DNA of 64,000 nt from Felis catus (GCF_018350175.1 NC_058368.1:12276001-12340000), one strand, 5' to 3'; numbered from the stretch's first letter, positions 49,593-63,605 are shown. The notes: generated by a model from the sequence alone, not told the origin. Translations and numbers: made by a program.

Positions 49593-50180
49593 ATTTAATG
49601 ACTTTTGAACCATGAATATACTTCAGTTTTAGAAACAGGTATTACCTTAAAACTGGGTGTTAAATGAATTTTTTTAAATAGATCTTAATTTAAATATGGA
49701 GGACTACTTAATACTTCATGTTGGAAATATTCTGCTCTGAAATCCAGTTTAGTACGGAGACTAGCTTTTTTCCTTTAAAAAAAAAAAAGTGTTTTGGCTG
49801 AATCTTAAAAAACAACCCTGATTTATGGATCTTGTGAATGTAGATTCTTTTATGGTAAGAAATCATTAAATAGGTTAACCAGCGTTTGTTTTGGGTATGG
49901 AAGTATGTATTTATATTTAAACATCATATTTTCAAGTATTCAACACAGAAATGAAATTGGTTTAACATAAACTAGGTGTAACTTGTTTGGTTGTTAATGG
50001 AAAACTTTTCAAGTCTATCATGCTTTGTTAGTTTGGGGCAGAATATAGGACAAATTCGAAATAGTGAAGAATTAAGATGGAAAAAAAAAAAAGGTTCTCA
50101 ATTCCCAGATCTGGGCTTCTTTGGAGAAAGTGAAAATGGATTTTTTTTTTTTTTGAATGATGAATGATAAACTGCTTTTT

Positions 50181-50405
50181 TTTTTTTTTTTTTTTTTTTC
50201 AACGTTTTTTATTTATTTTTGGGACAGAGAGAGACAGAGCATGAACGGGGGAGGGGCAGAGAGAGAGGGAGACACAGAACCGGAAACAGGCTCCAGGATC
50301 CGAGCCATCAGCCCAGAGCCTGACGCGGGGCTCGAACTCACGGACTGCGAGATCGTGACCTGGCTGAAGTCGGACGCTTAACCGACTGCGCCACCCAGGC
50401 GCCCC
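50181..50405 (-). mobile_element. Young CanSINE with long pure A-tail
   Basis: CpG-intact body; perfect TSD taaactgcttttt (50168-50180, 50406-50418). Confidence 0.97.
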
Positions 50406-51364
50406 TAAACTGCTTTTTAAAAAGGAAATTATGTATGCTGTTACTCATCTTAAAAAATGACCATAGCTTCTATAGAGACTTTGATTCACATGTTTCCTGG
50501 GGATACAGCCCCCTCTTGTATAAACATATACACATACCAATATATTATGTGAACTTCAATCTTGTAGTGACTTCAAGGAAAAATTTGTTTTTATAAAAGA
50601 ACTCACATTTTCCCATGCTTCTTCACTTCTTGTGCAACAACTTTTATGAGATTCTAGTAAACTGTTTTATTTATTTTCCTTTGTTCTTCCCTTCTTACTG
50701 GAAGAGATTATCTGGGTGTAATCATGTTGAAGGAGAATACATTCTGAATAAGGAGATGCTTTAAATCGATGGCCAACAAGTAAAACGCCCAGTCCTGCCA
50801 CCGCTTTGGATATGGCAACTTAGTTTTACTGGGTCAACACATTCATTTATTCTAATGCTGTCTATGTTCCCTCAAAGCAAGAACTGCTATTTCAGTAACC
50901 TCCTAGTTCATCTCTGCAGATTTAGCTACTCTCTGTAACCCAGCTGACTAAAGTTGAAGTTTGTGGCAGTAGAAATACACTGTGTAAATCCCTGGTCTAC
51001 CTCATCAAAATCCCTGGAGACCGTGTTGTGCTCTCAGCATACTACGCCATAACCCGCTAAATCGTTATTTGTATTCACTGAAGTATCAGTAAGCCTGTCT
51101 GGTGTTCCAGCACCTGGAGCTGACAAATATTTTCCTAATAAGAGGGATACCATAGCAACCAGATTTGTGCCATGGATACAAACCAGGCATCATGGGGCTG
51201 CAATTTAAGGTGGGATGCAGACTTGCAGCACCCACAACAGTATTATTGTAAAGAGTGTCCCGAGAACTCAAAATTCAGTATTTTGGGGGGTTAAATTCTA
51301 TAAACACAAGAATGGAAATCACCCCAGACCCTAACAGAAGGAAGGCAGTAACTAAGATTGAAAG

Positions 51365-51560
51365 AGTTTGTGTTTCAAATCCATTTCTTAGAAGCAATGC
51401 CACCTTGGGCAAGTTAACGAACTTTTCTGAGTCTCAGTTTTCTCATCTGTAAAATAGGAAGAATAATCCTGCCTCAAAGGGCGGCGGTGAGGTTGAAATG
51501 GGATGTTATCTGTACCGTGGTTGGCAGATGAGAAGGACATGACAACTAACAGCTTTTATC
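51365..51560 (+). mobile_element. MIR
   Basis: ccttgggcaagttaacgaacttttctgagtctcagttttctcatctgtaaaatagg. Confidence 0.85.
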
Positions 51561-53159
51561 ATCAAGACAAACAGGGAGACAATGGATATTTACAGGACAT
51601 AAGGGCATTGGTCTCCAAAACAGCATGCAGGTGAATAGATTAGAAATTCCTATCTGTGTTAATTTTAAATATTTTATTTCAGTATTTTAGATATTTTGAG
51701 GAATAAATTGTTATGCCAGTGTTCCACGTCCACGTCAGGATTTAATACAAGGTGCCCTCACTTAAGCTGCGCACCTGCATGGTGGTTTCTGGGGGTGGGG
51801 GGTGGGGAGCGGGAGTTAGTTATGTAGTGCAGAGGGCTGGCATTGGCTATCCCATGTGCACGTTCATTTTCTGTACTGCCTAGTACCACGATGTACTGAA
51901 GTCTATACGTACCTAATTAAGAGGATATGTGGAATACACCGCTTACTTTTAAAGAAACTAACCCTCACAAAATGCACAAGTAACGTAAAAAGATTCCTAC
52001 AGAGATACCACGAAGAGATGATATTAATTACTAGCAGTAGTGGTCACCAAGCAGTGACAGAGCTGAACATGCCCACTCCCTAGCCCTGTAACATTCACAT
52101 CTGCAAGGTAAGAACAATGAAAATATAGTTAGACCAGACAAGAAGTCTGCTAGAATAATTCAAAATGGTCCGGAAGATGATCTAAAAGAGGTATATAAGT
52201 GTTGATCAGCTTTGGTCTTTAGGACTTGAGACAGTAAATGATAGTGGACCATGTATATAACTTACAAAATGCAAATAAATCCATTGGAAGAAGTATTGCT
52301 CAAGATCATGTTACCGATAGGACCACACATTCGCAGACACATGGGGCCACTGTGCTGGGGACCATGAGTACAGAGTGGGAGTACCATAGGACCATGTCTG
52401 ACAGATGCTTGGCAACCATTTTCACAGCGTGGCCTGTATCACATTTGTACTAGGGTAAACAACCATGCTGCTGGAAACCCAAGGTCATCAGACAAGGCCT
52501 CTGGCTGTCCCAGGCCCTGCTCAGCCAGCCCAATGGCTGAGGAGCTGAGTATCTTTAGCAGACCTATAAACCCTTTGAGAGTACACCCACATCCCAGAGA
52601 GGCACCTAGGAGCACACTGCTCGGAAACTCAGTCCTACAGATAGATTTAGGCAGGGCTAATTATTGAAGAACACAGCTATTAGGTCCTAATGCACTCAAC
52701 TCCATAGAAAAGGAGAGAGAAAGGTTTTTGTTTTTGTTTTTGTTTTTTAAATGGACCTCTTAAGAATCAGCCCACTAAAATGTGTCTGTATCACAACTGG
52801 GCTTGTTCTGGAGAAGTTACATATTTATGCTATCTCATTCTCCAGTCTGATAAAGGGACAGATTTTAACCACTTACTAACCTTCTCTTTCTTCTCCGTTG
52901 GTGAGCATAGCATACTTCAGTTCTGCATGGTCAGCGTTCAGCACGGTGTTCCTTACACAGCAAGTGCTAATATGTTTGTTGAATACACAAGGCCACTGTT
53001 AAGCTACAAACACCGTTCATCAGTCCTTCTACTCATGCCCAGTAAGGCTGTCCCTGGTTTCAATTCCCAGCCCTAATCCTAGGCTACCTACTCACTCTTA
53101 GCTGACTTCACCTCTTTCTTTGATGAGATCAAGACCCCCCTACAAAAGCTGTTTTAACA

Positions 53160-54365
53160 CGATATATATCCATCTAGGTCACTCAATGTAAAACACCCCA
53201 AGTCATCTCCGACTCACTCCTTATTCACCAAACCCACCAGTCAGAGACGGATGCTTTCACCGAAGCAGCTGCTGTCTCTCCTCGTTCTGCACAACCCTGC
53301 CGAAACTGGACAGCTAACTCGTGAGCACCCCAGGCTCACCCTACAGCAGAGCCTCTGCGTCTTCTGCTTCCCCTGTTGGATATGCTCTTGCCTCAGACAT
53401 CCAGGACCCCTCATTCACTTCAAGTCCTCACTCAAGTCCCTTCCCCAGGAAGCCTTCCCTGGGTCCCTTTTCACAAAGTTAAACCCCTCAGGCACACCAC
53501 CCTTCCCAGTTTCATTCATTGTCTTCATTCATTGTCACTAAAATAAACACCGTTTATTTATTTATGTTGCTCATTGTCTGTCTTCCCCACTAGAACACCA
53601 CAAGCTCCCTGAGGGCAGGAAACTTTGTTTTCCTGTTTTGCTTACTGATGTTTCTCTACTACCTAAAATTGGGCCTGGTGCTCAGTCGGTGTCCAATCAA
53701 TATTTGTTGAATGAATAGATGGACAGGTGGATGGATGGATTATTGCAGTGGACCTATAAATGGTACCATTGCTTCCTCCCCAATCCACCCTTCTACCAAA
53801 ATATTGAGCCTCAATCACTACTCTCCTCCCAAATTGTCAGTAGCTATGTGCGATTTATGAAATGACGTCTGAAAGCCTTCAGAGATGCGCCCCCAATCTC
53901 CCTTTACACCCCCATTTCCCAATGCAGCCATTTCTCCATACATCCTAAGGTCTAGTCACACTGGGGAACCATTCACTTATTCTTGAACACACTGCACGCT
54001 TTAAACACACGCTTTTAAATAAATTGTTTTTAGACACATATCCTTTTGTCTTGGAATATCCATTCTCTACTTTGCCCTCTAGTGAAATCTATGGATATTT
54101 CCAGGCTCTGTTCCTCTGTTCAAATGTCATATCATCCATGAAGCTGCCTCATTCTCTGAATTACATTTTAAGCATGTGTTCCCAGTGCATCGCCTCATGC
54201 CTCTCACCAGTATAGAAGTTACTCTCCCTTGAACCGTGTCTGTACCTGCCCCTGAGATGGGACCATAACCTCCCCGAATAACATAACATCCTCTGAATGG
54301 GGAATCCCTGCTCCTTTTTGCGGTTCCTTGGACACAGTAAATGACTGATAAAAGTTTGTTGAAAT
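53160..54365 (+). mobile_element. L2 fragments (two 3' ends)
   Basis: gtctgtcttccccactagaacaccacaagctccctgagggcagg...aatatttgttgaatgaata (to ~53720); a second end reads aagtttgttgaaatgaa (~54365). Confidence 0.75.
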
Positions 54366-56380
54366 GAAATATATGATATCAGTATGGCTGTGGATTTTGT
54401 GACGAGGGAATTGTCCTAAGATAAGCATTTAGATCCTTTGTAGAAGGAATACACCAATACCAAATAAATGAACGTCAGTGAGACCGAAAAGAAAAATAAA
54501 ATTGTAGCTTAAACAAACATGAAATTGGAGCCTTCAGTAATAAACTCTAAAGATACAGATATCTTATTTCTCCGCTGTAATGCCTGGCACAGAGAAGCCA
54601 CTTAATTTGGAGTTTGATCCTCAGCTAAAAATAAACTGCTTTATTTAAACTGAGCAGTTGCTATTGTTGTTTAACCATTTTGTGGTTTTATTCAAGTACT
54701 CGCAAGGCCTCAAGAACACCAGTCAGGATGCCTCCGTGTTACATAAGGGTTAAGAAACTGTATCTCGTCTGCTTGCTGGTTTCTCCTCCGCAGGCCTGTC
54801 CCCGTAACGTACACAACTAGTCACTGGCCAGGCCCAGTACACGTGGTCCAGTATGCAGGATAATAAGCACGTATGGAAAGAACAGCAGTTCTTAGGAGAT
54901 TGTACAAAATCATTGTTTTCTTGTGGAAAGTAGAGAACCAATAATTCCAAGAAGCTTTTATAGCACAATCCTTGCTGAGACAGTAGAGAGCGAGTTTATT
55001 CAGATAGGGTCCTCCCACCCTTTGCTGACTGCAGAATACACAGGTCTCCTGCAGGGGCCCTCTGCAGAGGCTGAAGGGTAAGGCGTGCTCCTCTCGAGCC
55101 TCCTCCCCTCTGGTATGCTGATGGCCCTTACCCTCTTGCTTGGTATCCTGCAGGGCTACCTGGGCTGGTGGATTCTGAGTCCTCCTTCAGCTAGCAGCTT
55201 GCTCTCTCGTCTACTTCTAGCTCAGATCATCAGCTGGGCTCAGCTTAAACTACATAACCGGCCAACCTTACCCCTGTGCTGTCTATTTCTGTGGGTGGAA
55301 GCCACTGGCAAGATGTAGTAAGCTACGGCGCCAGCCCCGTGGAGACATGTGGCCTCAGGCTTCCACAGCCTCGTGAGAACAAGGCCACTTCCAAGGAGCT
55401 TTCCCGATTATGAAGCCTTAGGTTTTCTGTGGGATAAACCCCTCAGGACTCCACTTTCTCCTGCTCCCTCTACCCACAGCCTGATGCACTGACACTGCAT
55501 GCTGGCTTGGCTGCAGTCCATGTGGGGACATGTTGAATTGTCTATTCATTACTGGGTTTGTATTCATTTTTGAACCTGGCATCCCTTCACCATAAAAACA
55601 GTGACCTTTTTTGAGGCAAGAGACTTATATCACTTACTCGGCAGCATCCCAAACAGGACCATTTAGAAAGGTCTTTAAAGAAGGCACCTGTTCCTCTACC
55701 CTTTTAAGACAGGGTGGGCAGGGGTTCTGAGGAAGCGTTCTCGCTCACCAGCAGTCTTTTGCCCCAGGCTCTTTACTGAGAGCTTCAGGGAGTGGCACCT
55801 TTAGTGGGGATGCATTCGGAATATTATTCCAAGGACCGAAAAAAGAAAACCTCCCCTCTTGAACAAAGAAGCAGGTGATGGATAGTATCTCTCGGGGGCT
55901 GAGGCTCCATTTATCACTGAAGCTATAAAACAGAGTGGAGCTTCTAACTCAGTTCAGTGTTCAATAACCACACAACCCTGATATGATAGATCGGTTCCAG
56001 TATTCCTGTGGTTTATCCTGACATAACTTGCAGAAACTATTATGATAAAATGGCTTTACCTCCTCCAGTGATTCCATGCAAAAAGAGATTAAATAAGGGA
56101 TTATAAAAAGCTTCCACAATTTACATAGTTTTCTTCAGAGTCATTTAACAAGTAGACTCAAGTTTCCCCTTTTTAACTGTTTTTAACCTCAATTAAAGAG
56201 AAAAGCTAAACCAGTTAGATTTCCATTTCTCTACGATAGTCTATTTTTTAATGCAAACGGGTAAAACAGTCCTCTTGGGTCCCTCCTGATGCTAAATTTT
56301 TGTTCCCTCAGAGTTTTCAAATTTTGGCCTCGAAGGTTACCCTATGTTTAACGTTTTCTAAATTTCAAAAAGGGAGAGCA

Positions 56381-56578
56381 GGGGCGCCTGGGTGGCTCAG
56401 TCAGTTGAGCGTCTGACTCTTGATTTCGGCTCAGGTATGATCCCAGAGTCATGGGATCGAGACCCGCATCCACTGAGCCTACACTCAGTGTGGAGCTCGC
56501 TTAAGATTCTCTCTTTCTCCCTCTGTCCCCTCCCCCTCTCGAGCTCTCTTTTTAAAAAAAAATAAAAATAAAAAAATA
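56381..56578 (+). mobile_element. CanSINE (older subfamily)
   Basis: ggggcgcctgggtggctcagtcagttgagcgtctgactcttgatttcggctcagg; TSD aaaagggagagca. Confidence 0.93.
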
Positions 56579-56759
56579 AAAAAGGGAGAGCAGAAATTTA
56601 GAAGGCTGGTATGAAGTTGCTAAACTTGATTGCTCTAAATATGCCCTTGGTTCTACGTAAAGTATCTAAAAAAGGCAGCCCTTAGGTCACTGTAATTAGT
56701 GTATAATTGATCAGAAAACCTTTGGATTATTAAGAATTTTATTCAGATTATTAAAATAA

Positions 56760-56945
56760 TGCTGGTTAATTTGCCATTTTTCATAATATTTATGAATAAT
56801 ATCATGTTAAACCTCTTGTTCAGAAAGCTTTGTCTACATTATTTTGTTTTGTTTACCACTACTTCAGGATAATTTCCTAGAAGGGGGATTACTGGATCAG
56901 AAGGTCTTGATAAATACTGCCAAACTGCTTTTCAGAAAGTTGCTT
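56760..56945 (-). mobile_element. Old L1 fragment
   Basis: ggataatttcctagaagggggattactggatcag...ttgataaatactgccaaactgcttttcagaaag. Confidence 0.7.
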
Positions 56946-57464
56946 AGATTTTCTTTTTAAAACATATCTAGCCATAGATATATCAAGGATCTTTCTGAAC
57001 CGACAGTGTTGATTGATAGTTTTAATTTTTAGTTAGCTAAGTGTAATTAGTAGGACTCACATATGACTATGTAGGTTAACCATTTATTTACATATAGTGC
57101 CTTCTGTCACTGGAGTCTCAGGTTCCCATTCTAAATGGGCCTATATACTACATATACTAGGTAGCTTTGGAGGGTGAAGAGACTGATAAAAAATATGGAG
57201 AAAACATTTAGAAGAGCCCAGGGACAGAAATGAGCAGACAGTGGAGATGCGAAAGCACACGGAATAGTAGGGTCAACCTGAGGGTAGGGGTGGGACATGA
57301 CTGGCAAGCTCGTTAGTTATTTCCATAACAAGCTCTAGGGCTTCAAACATAGAGGGAAAAAACACACCCTTGAGGAGATCAGAAAAGGGTCAAGAGAAGC
57401 CTTTGAATGACAGGCAGGATTTTAAAGAAAGGGAAAATAGGAATATTCCAGGAAGCAATTAGTG

Positions 57465-57760
57465 ACTTTAAAGTTTTCAAAGCGTTATCATATATATTAT
57501 TGTGTCATTTGCCCTTAACAACAACTTAATGGGATAAGGTATACATTCTCACCCATGTTGCCTCAGAGGAACTAGGAGTCAGCAGGATTAAGTGACTGGC
57601 CCAAGGTCGGTCACACAGCTGAGTGGGATGGCTCACGGGGCAGCCGTGCTTCACAATTCAGTAGACGGTGCCCATGGGATGGTTTTGTTTGGAGCATGGT
57701 GGTCATGGCAGCTGATATTGACAGGTCTGACTTCTGACTTCCCACATCCTTCGCACTCTA
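57465..57760 (-). mobile_element. MIR
   Basis: gaggaactaggagtcagcaggattaagtgactggcccaaggtcggtcacacagctgagtg. Confidence 0.75.
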
Positions 57761-57829
57761 CTAAATGGCTATCATGTTTATCACGTAAAATGAAAATACA
57801 CTAGTGGCTCCTATCTTTTACTTTCAATA

Positions 57830-60502
57830 TTTTATACACTGTTACTTTTATTGGAATATGTGAGGGAGATTCTCTCTCATATATATACATACATATATAT
57901 GTATGTATATATATGTCATGAAGCTAAGCATACCTATGCATGTATGTATTTATTTAAATATGACATATATGGATATATCAAATGTAAGAAAATATTAGGT
58001 ACCCGAATTTGCACTATCATCCATTTTCCTTATATTGGGAGTTGAAAAAATTGTATATATATTTAACTATACTAAATCAAAGTAGTATTGCTCCAATTTG
58101 AACCCAACTGCTAAAACTTCAACCTGTTGGAGGAAATTACTGGTATTCCACAATGCCAGAATTGTGGTGAGAGAATCAAAGAATAATTTCACATAGAGAC
58201 AAAAGGCCAGTGCAAGTACCTTCAAGAGCAGGCTTCTGCAAACAAAAGTACTATTATATGAGACTACAGAATTTTGTTCTTAGTGACCCAGAGTTTTTCA
58301 GCTTTTTCAGTGTAGTGTAGTTCTGTCTAAGAAAATGAAGGCAACTTCATAAATGACACAAATACAAGACACATTGTAAATATCTTACTGGCATTTGAAA
58401 CGTCTCGAGGAGGCATTTTAAGCAGCAAAACAGATTGATTAAAAGGTTAGTGATCGTCCTCAAGGTCGCCACGTTAGGTAGCGTAAGGGGGGGAGGGTGG
58501 CTGAAACCCAAGGCTTTTGACTGTTAGCTTGGTCCCTGCCATGAGTTAAAAACGTCTTCACGAGATCTCACACGGGCACTGTCAGAAATGGGCAAATATC
58601 TTTCACACATTCGGCACACAGGTCTGGAAGCGACCCTGTCGGATGTCAGCATATGTTAGCACATGTGAGTTTAGCTCACACAGCGTATACTGGCAAATCT
58701 GACAGCCTCACATGCAGACACGGGTTTCGACATCAAGAGGAGCGTGTGCCAGAATTTCGCAGAGTATCCCGTGCACGTCTCTGAAGGACCGCGCATGCCG
58801 CGCTGAGTCCGTGTCAAGAACCCTGCTCCTGAATACTTTTTTCCTCCCATTCTTCAAACCTAGACTACGGGAAACAGGTTAAGCTCGGAACAGACAGTGA
58901 GACAAAACACTCAACCTTCCGTTTATGACTTCCTCAGTAAGAAAAGGCATAAATGTGGCACTTATTACGAAGCGTGTGGAAAGGGCCCCCTAGAAACCAT
59001 ATGGTTGTCAGTGGCGGCACAGTCTCATTCAGAGGTGCCAAGAACACTAATGAGACGAGAATTTCAGCAAAAGCAGAAATAGATCAATACTTCTCCCCCA
59101 CTCGCAGTTGTCCCCACCATCAGTCACTGCGCTTGCTCTATGTAAATGAAATCAATCAGCGGGGATTTCTGTAACATGCATACAACAGTTGTCTTCTAGG
59201 CTCTACCAGAAGATAAATGATTCCAGACGTTGGACTGCAGCCATTTTCCCACACATGCTACAAAGTTCTGACATCCATATTGGGCCATCACACTGAGTGG
59301 TTTCTGCTTTTGCGAGTTTACAGCCAGTGCTTCTTCTGGTTTGGACAAGACAGCCTGCTAACGCTGACGCATAAAAGTCCCCTCCTGCCTGTGTAGAACG
59401 AAGGAGAACTGCCTTTTTCCAACAGAGGGGCTCCGAAAACTTTTTGCTATCGTTCATATAAGCTTATCGTTCCAAATCCCTATTTAAGATCCCTCTGGAC
59501 GTAGACGAATCCTAGGCTACCAAAACATGCGACATATGACATCAAATGCAAACCACTTGGATGTAACACATAACAACAGACAACACAAGTCCAACCCCGT
59601 TTTAAAGCTGGTATGTTTAAAAATGTATTAAGCCTAAGTAACAGGGTTGTTTGGTATGGCAGCGTATGTTCTGGAAAAGGGTAGAAGGCTTTTTGAGAAA
59701 GACAAACTAAAAGATCCAGAAGCAGCTTCCTTTAAAAACGATGTGAACACAATAAGGTGATGTGGAAGGCGCACAGAAGTCTAGGTCACACTCATGGCTA
59801 TTTACTTAGCCGACCCCATGGAATTAAACATCCAAGAGATAACATTTTCTGCTGGCCTCTTAAATCTGAGACATGGGCACTTTTCTCACTAACTTGCCTT
59901 TGGGGAAAGATACAAATAATTTTGCTCATACTTCAAAAAATTAAGAAAAAGAAAGTCCTGTGTCAGTATCTATGGTATAACTGAGATAAAAACAAATCTC
60001 TGAGGTTAAATAGAAGTAAACCAAATCTTATAGTAACTTTCAAATGTTTTTCAAGTGAATAATCAAAATGAGAGGCACTGCTTTAAATTTTAAATCCAGT
60101 TCTTGTTAAAAGAACGTCCTTCTAAATATCAAATACACCACAAAGAAAACTTTATATATCTGTCACAAAAGTCACAGTGCAAATAGGCAGTAACTGTTGT
60201 CTTACCCACCCCCGCCTCCTTTCCTATGGAATACAAACTTACTTTGTTTAAAAATGTCCTTAGGCTGTGCTGTACCTTTGAAACAAAACCACTGTCTTCT
60301 TCATTTCATTTTCTGTTTTCTTGAAAACTGCTCCTCCGAAACTGACAGATGGTGCCTCTGTCACTGAGTGTTTCCTCTTCGTTATCTCTGCCAGCTAATA
60401 TTTCCTCTGTGCTTAGCTGTTGTCTGTGAGCCTGTTCCACATCATTCTAGCCTGATCAATGGTGTGCCTGGTTTGAGGTTGGTTTTGGCCCCGCCTCCAG
60501 CT
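57830..60502 (-). other. Probable proximal alternative terminal exon: short coding tail plus ~2.6 kb 3' UTR
   Basis: Acceptor gagttttcgttttttctcttag|AGCTGG at 60502. All frames stop within 90 nt (phase 1: xLEAGPKPTSNQAHH*, ending 60456; phase 2: AGGGAKTNLKPGTPLIRLE*, ending 60442). It is followed by ~2.6 kb with no SINE or L1 I can recognise, ending at minus-strand AATAAA (57847-57852). Confidence 0.5.
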
Positions 60503-60966
60503 CTAAGAGAAAAAACGAAAACTCACAGCTGGATTTCCTATAAATCCTCTCTTTTAAATCTGGCTCTGCAGCTATGGCACATACTAGAGGGGAAAAGCTG
60601 CCAGTCTGTCACAAACCAAGGGGACCATCCTCTCCTAGCTGCCCCCCCACACCAACGCCAAGCATGTATATTATGTAACAAATCCCATTTTAAAAACTTC
60701 CTAGGCCAAGAGGAAGCGTTGTTAAAGCAGGTTTATCTTTTTCCTTGCTTAAAGAGACTCAAAAGAAGATGCCCATGAATGAACCCGCCCCCCACACACT
60801 CACTATACCTCGCCCCCCGACACCCATCCAAGATGGAATAATATTTAACATATTAAAACTGTGAAAACTGATTCCAAGGAGAAAATGCCAAAATAGTACA
60901 TTACAAATAATTTCTATCCTAAAACACAGGTCATCATGCATATTCAGATGACATCTTTAAAAAAAA

Positions 60967-61182
60967 TTTTTTTTAATGCTTATTTATTTTTGAGAGAGAG
61001 AGCGAGCCAATGAGGGAGGGACAGAGAGAGAGGGAGACACAAAATCCGAAGCAGGCTCCAGGTTCTGAGCTGTCAGCACAGAGCCTGACGCAGGGCTCGA
61101 ACTCACAAACCACCACAAGCTGTGAGATCCATAATCTGAGCTGAAGGCAGAAGCTTAACTGACTGAGCCACCCAGGCACCCC
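60967..61182 (-). mobile_element. CanSINE
   Basis: Full body with a small insertion (caccacaag); degenerate TSD cag(a/g)tgacat. Confidence 0.93.
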
Positions 61183-62949
61183 CAGGTGACATTACATCTT
61201 AAGCAACAGGATTTGCTAATATTTATACTACCGATGAACTACATGAATCAAGAGAATATATGAGATGCATTTTTGGGTCTAGCTGAGAGTTCTACCATGT
61301 AAAATAGAAGAGCTGAATGTGTAAACTAGTCTGCTCTGTAAATCAGTAGGACAGAGGGTACATTTTCCGAGTGACATATTCTGCAGGCAATAGTAATCAA
61401 ACTTTACCGGGTAGAGGAGCTGAACATTTTTAGAGCAAATAGGTTACATGTTACAAAAATAAGGATTTGAAGGCTGTGCTGGAATCCAGAATCAGAAGGC
61501 CTGGGTTCAGGTCCTCGGACAGTGTCCTTGAACAGGAAAGGCATAGAGTAAGCCCTGGAGACCTCACAGGTGATTGCAAGATTAAATTAAGACAATAAAG
61601 TACTTTGTTGTTATTATTCAACGTTTGTATTGTTCTTTTCAACAACAGAGAGAATATTAAATGAGTATAAATATTTAATCTGGCAAAGGATGGTACCAAA
61701 ATAAATACTAGCCTGTGATAAAGAGCACTAGAGATAAAAGGATTCCGGGAATAATGCGCAGGGTATAAAGTGCATGCTGAGGACAATAGCAACTCAGACT
61801 TTGAATATCTGAACTCTTCGATAAGAGAGAATATGCAGGAAGCACAGGTCAGAGGGGGGTTGAGTAGTAAAAGTCTGAAACCTTGGCTCTCTTTCCATAT
61901 CCTCACAAAAGAATATGGAACTGTCATCTGCTTTTAGTCCATAAGCCCCTTAAGGGAAGGGACATACACAATTGGCATTTGTTGAATAAGTGAATGAGAA
62001 CTTGAACTAGGTGAGAGGTGCTCCCTCTAAGGGAGGGAGTAGACATTATTATGAGAAGCCTGAGCTTGAAAGTGGATAATCAGTACTTGAAGGTGGAGAC
62101 TTCCAGTGTCTTCAAATGCAAGATTGGGATCAGTAAGCAAAGAGACTTTCTGGGTCACTGAAAGGAAAGGAGATTTTGTTCAGGGATCCCTGATCTGATC
62201 CTCTGATCCAGCTTTCTACACTCCTCCCCCCCCCCCCCCCCAGTGACTCCCCTGCCTCCCACTTCCTCTCCTGAGAATGTCATCCTGCTGACAATGAGTA
62301 TGAGTCAAAAACCAGGATGTTTGTAAACATCCCCTTAATGCAAGGGCTTGGATTGTTAGGGTAAATTCCTCCTAAATGGGGATGCGAGTCCTTGCTTGCT
62401 GTGGCTGGCAAGAAGTCAGCCTTCCAAGTCTAGCAGGATCCTACTCCATGTGCTCTTTGTAAGGGCGGCAGTGGACCCCAGGAAAAGGGAAGGCAGAAGA
62501 GATGGGCTCCTGTTCCCACCCTGCCTGCCACCTCACCGCCAATGCGTTTCTTCTGTATTTTGACTAAGTACACTGGAAAGGTAATCTACTTTCATATTAA
62601 TGGCTTCAGGTGTATAATCTCTGAATTATAGCTGAAGGGCTAGGCCCATTTGGGGTAAGTGAATTTACCAATTGTGAAGATCTAATCTAATAAATATACT
62701 TTCAATGCCATACTTATAGAAGGCCTTCCACTAAACACACCACAGGATACATGCTTCCAGCTCTCCAGCTACCACTGGTTTCTAGCAGCACAAATGACTA
62801 CAATCAAAAACAGGATCTGAGACCAGCAGGGGACAGAGTGCAGCTGTGCTTTGAGGGGGGAGGATCACATCTAGGTTGGGGGGTGGGAGTGGGAGAATCC
62901 AGAAAACACGATTAGGGTGGTAGCATTAAAGTTTGCGAAGGTTTTGCAC

Positions 62950-63420
62950 AGGCAAAAACGGGGGCGGGGGGACACTTGAAAGAGAAGGACACTCTTAGAG
63001 TAGAAACGATGAGCTCTAGGGCAAGGCAAGCTCAGGAAATAGCGAGGTATCCGGTTCTGCTGAAGCATAGGGACCTGGCGAATCACAGGGTTTGAGACTC
63101 CAAAGACGGGCTGGAGCCCCACTGTGGTGTGGCCTTGAATGCTGGGAGGGGTGGGGGGTGTTTAATACTGAGTTCAATCAGCAATCATGAGCCCTGGGAG
63201 GTTTGGGAACACAGGTGTAACATAATCTGAGCAGCGAGGTCTCATAACCATGTTTAGGGTGGATTATAAAGGAGACAGCAGGTAGACTGACCCACTACTG
63301 CAATAATGTAAGCAAGAGGTCATGAAGCTCAAACTTGGGGGATGAGGGTAAGGCAAGGAAGGGTGCTGGCAGCAACTGCATAGATATGAGAGTCGAGGGA
63401 GATGAGTTAAAGAAAATGCC
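62950..63420 (-). mobile_element. L2 fragment
   Basis: ggccttgaatgc...gagccctgggaggtttgg...aacataatctgagc...tactgcaataatgtaagcaagagg. Confidence 0.55.
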
Positions 63421-63449
63421 ACTTGGAAGATTTTTTCCAGGAGATATTT

Positions 63450-63605
63450 GCAGACATATATATGAACACGTATAAGTTTTTATTTCAGCATTAGCTGTAA
63501 TTGCAAAGGACTGAGAACTGCACAATGCCCACCAATAAGGAACTTATAATTTATGGTATATTCATATAATGAAATACTGTACAGCCATTTAAAATATATA
63601 TGCAG
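63450..63605 (+). mobile_element. Old L1 3' fragment
   Basis: ttatggtatattcatataatgaaatactgtacagccatttaaaat. Confidence 0.65.

Noticed and set aside
61451..61927. 158-aa minus-strand ORF
   Set aside because: No recognisable domain or flanking splice signals; consistent with a chance ORF.
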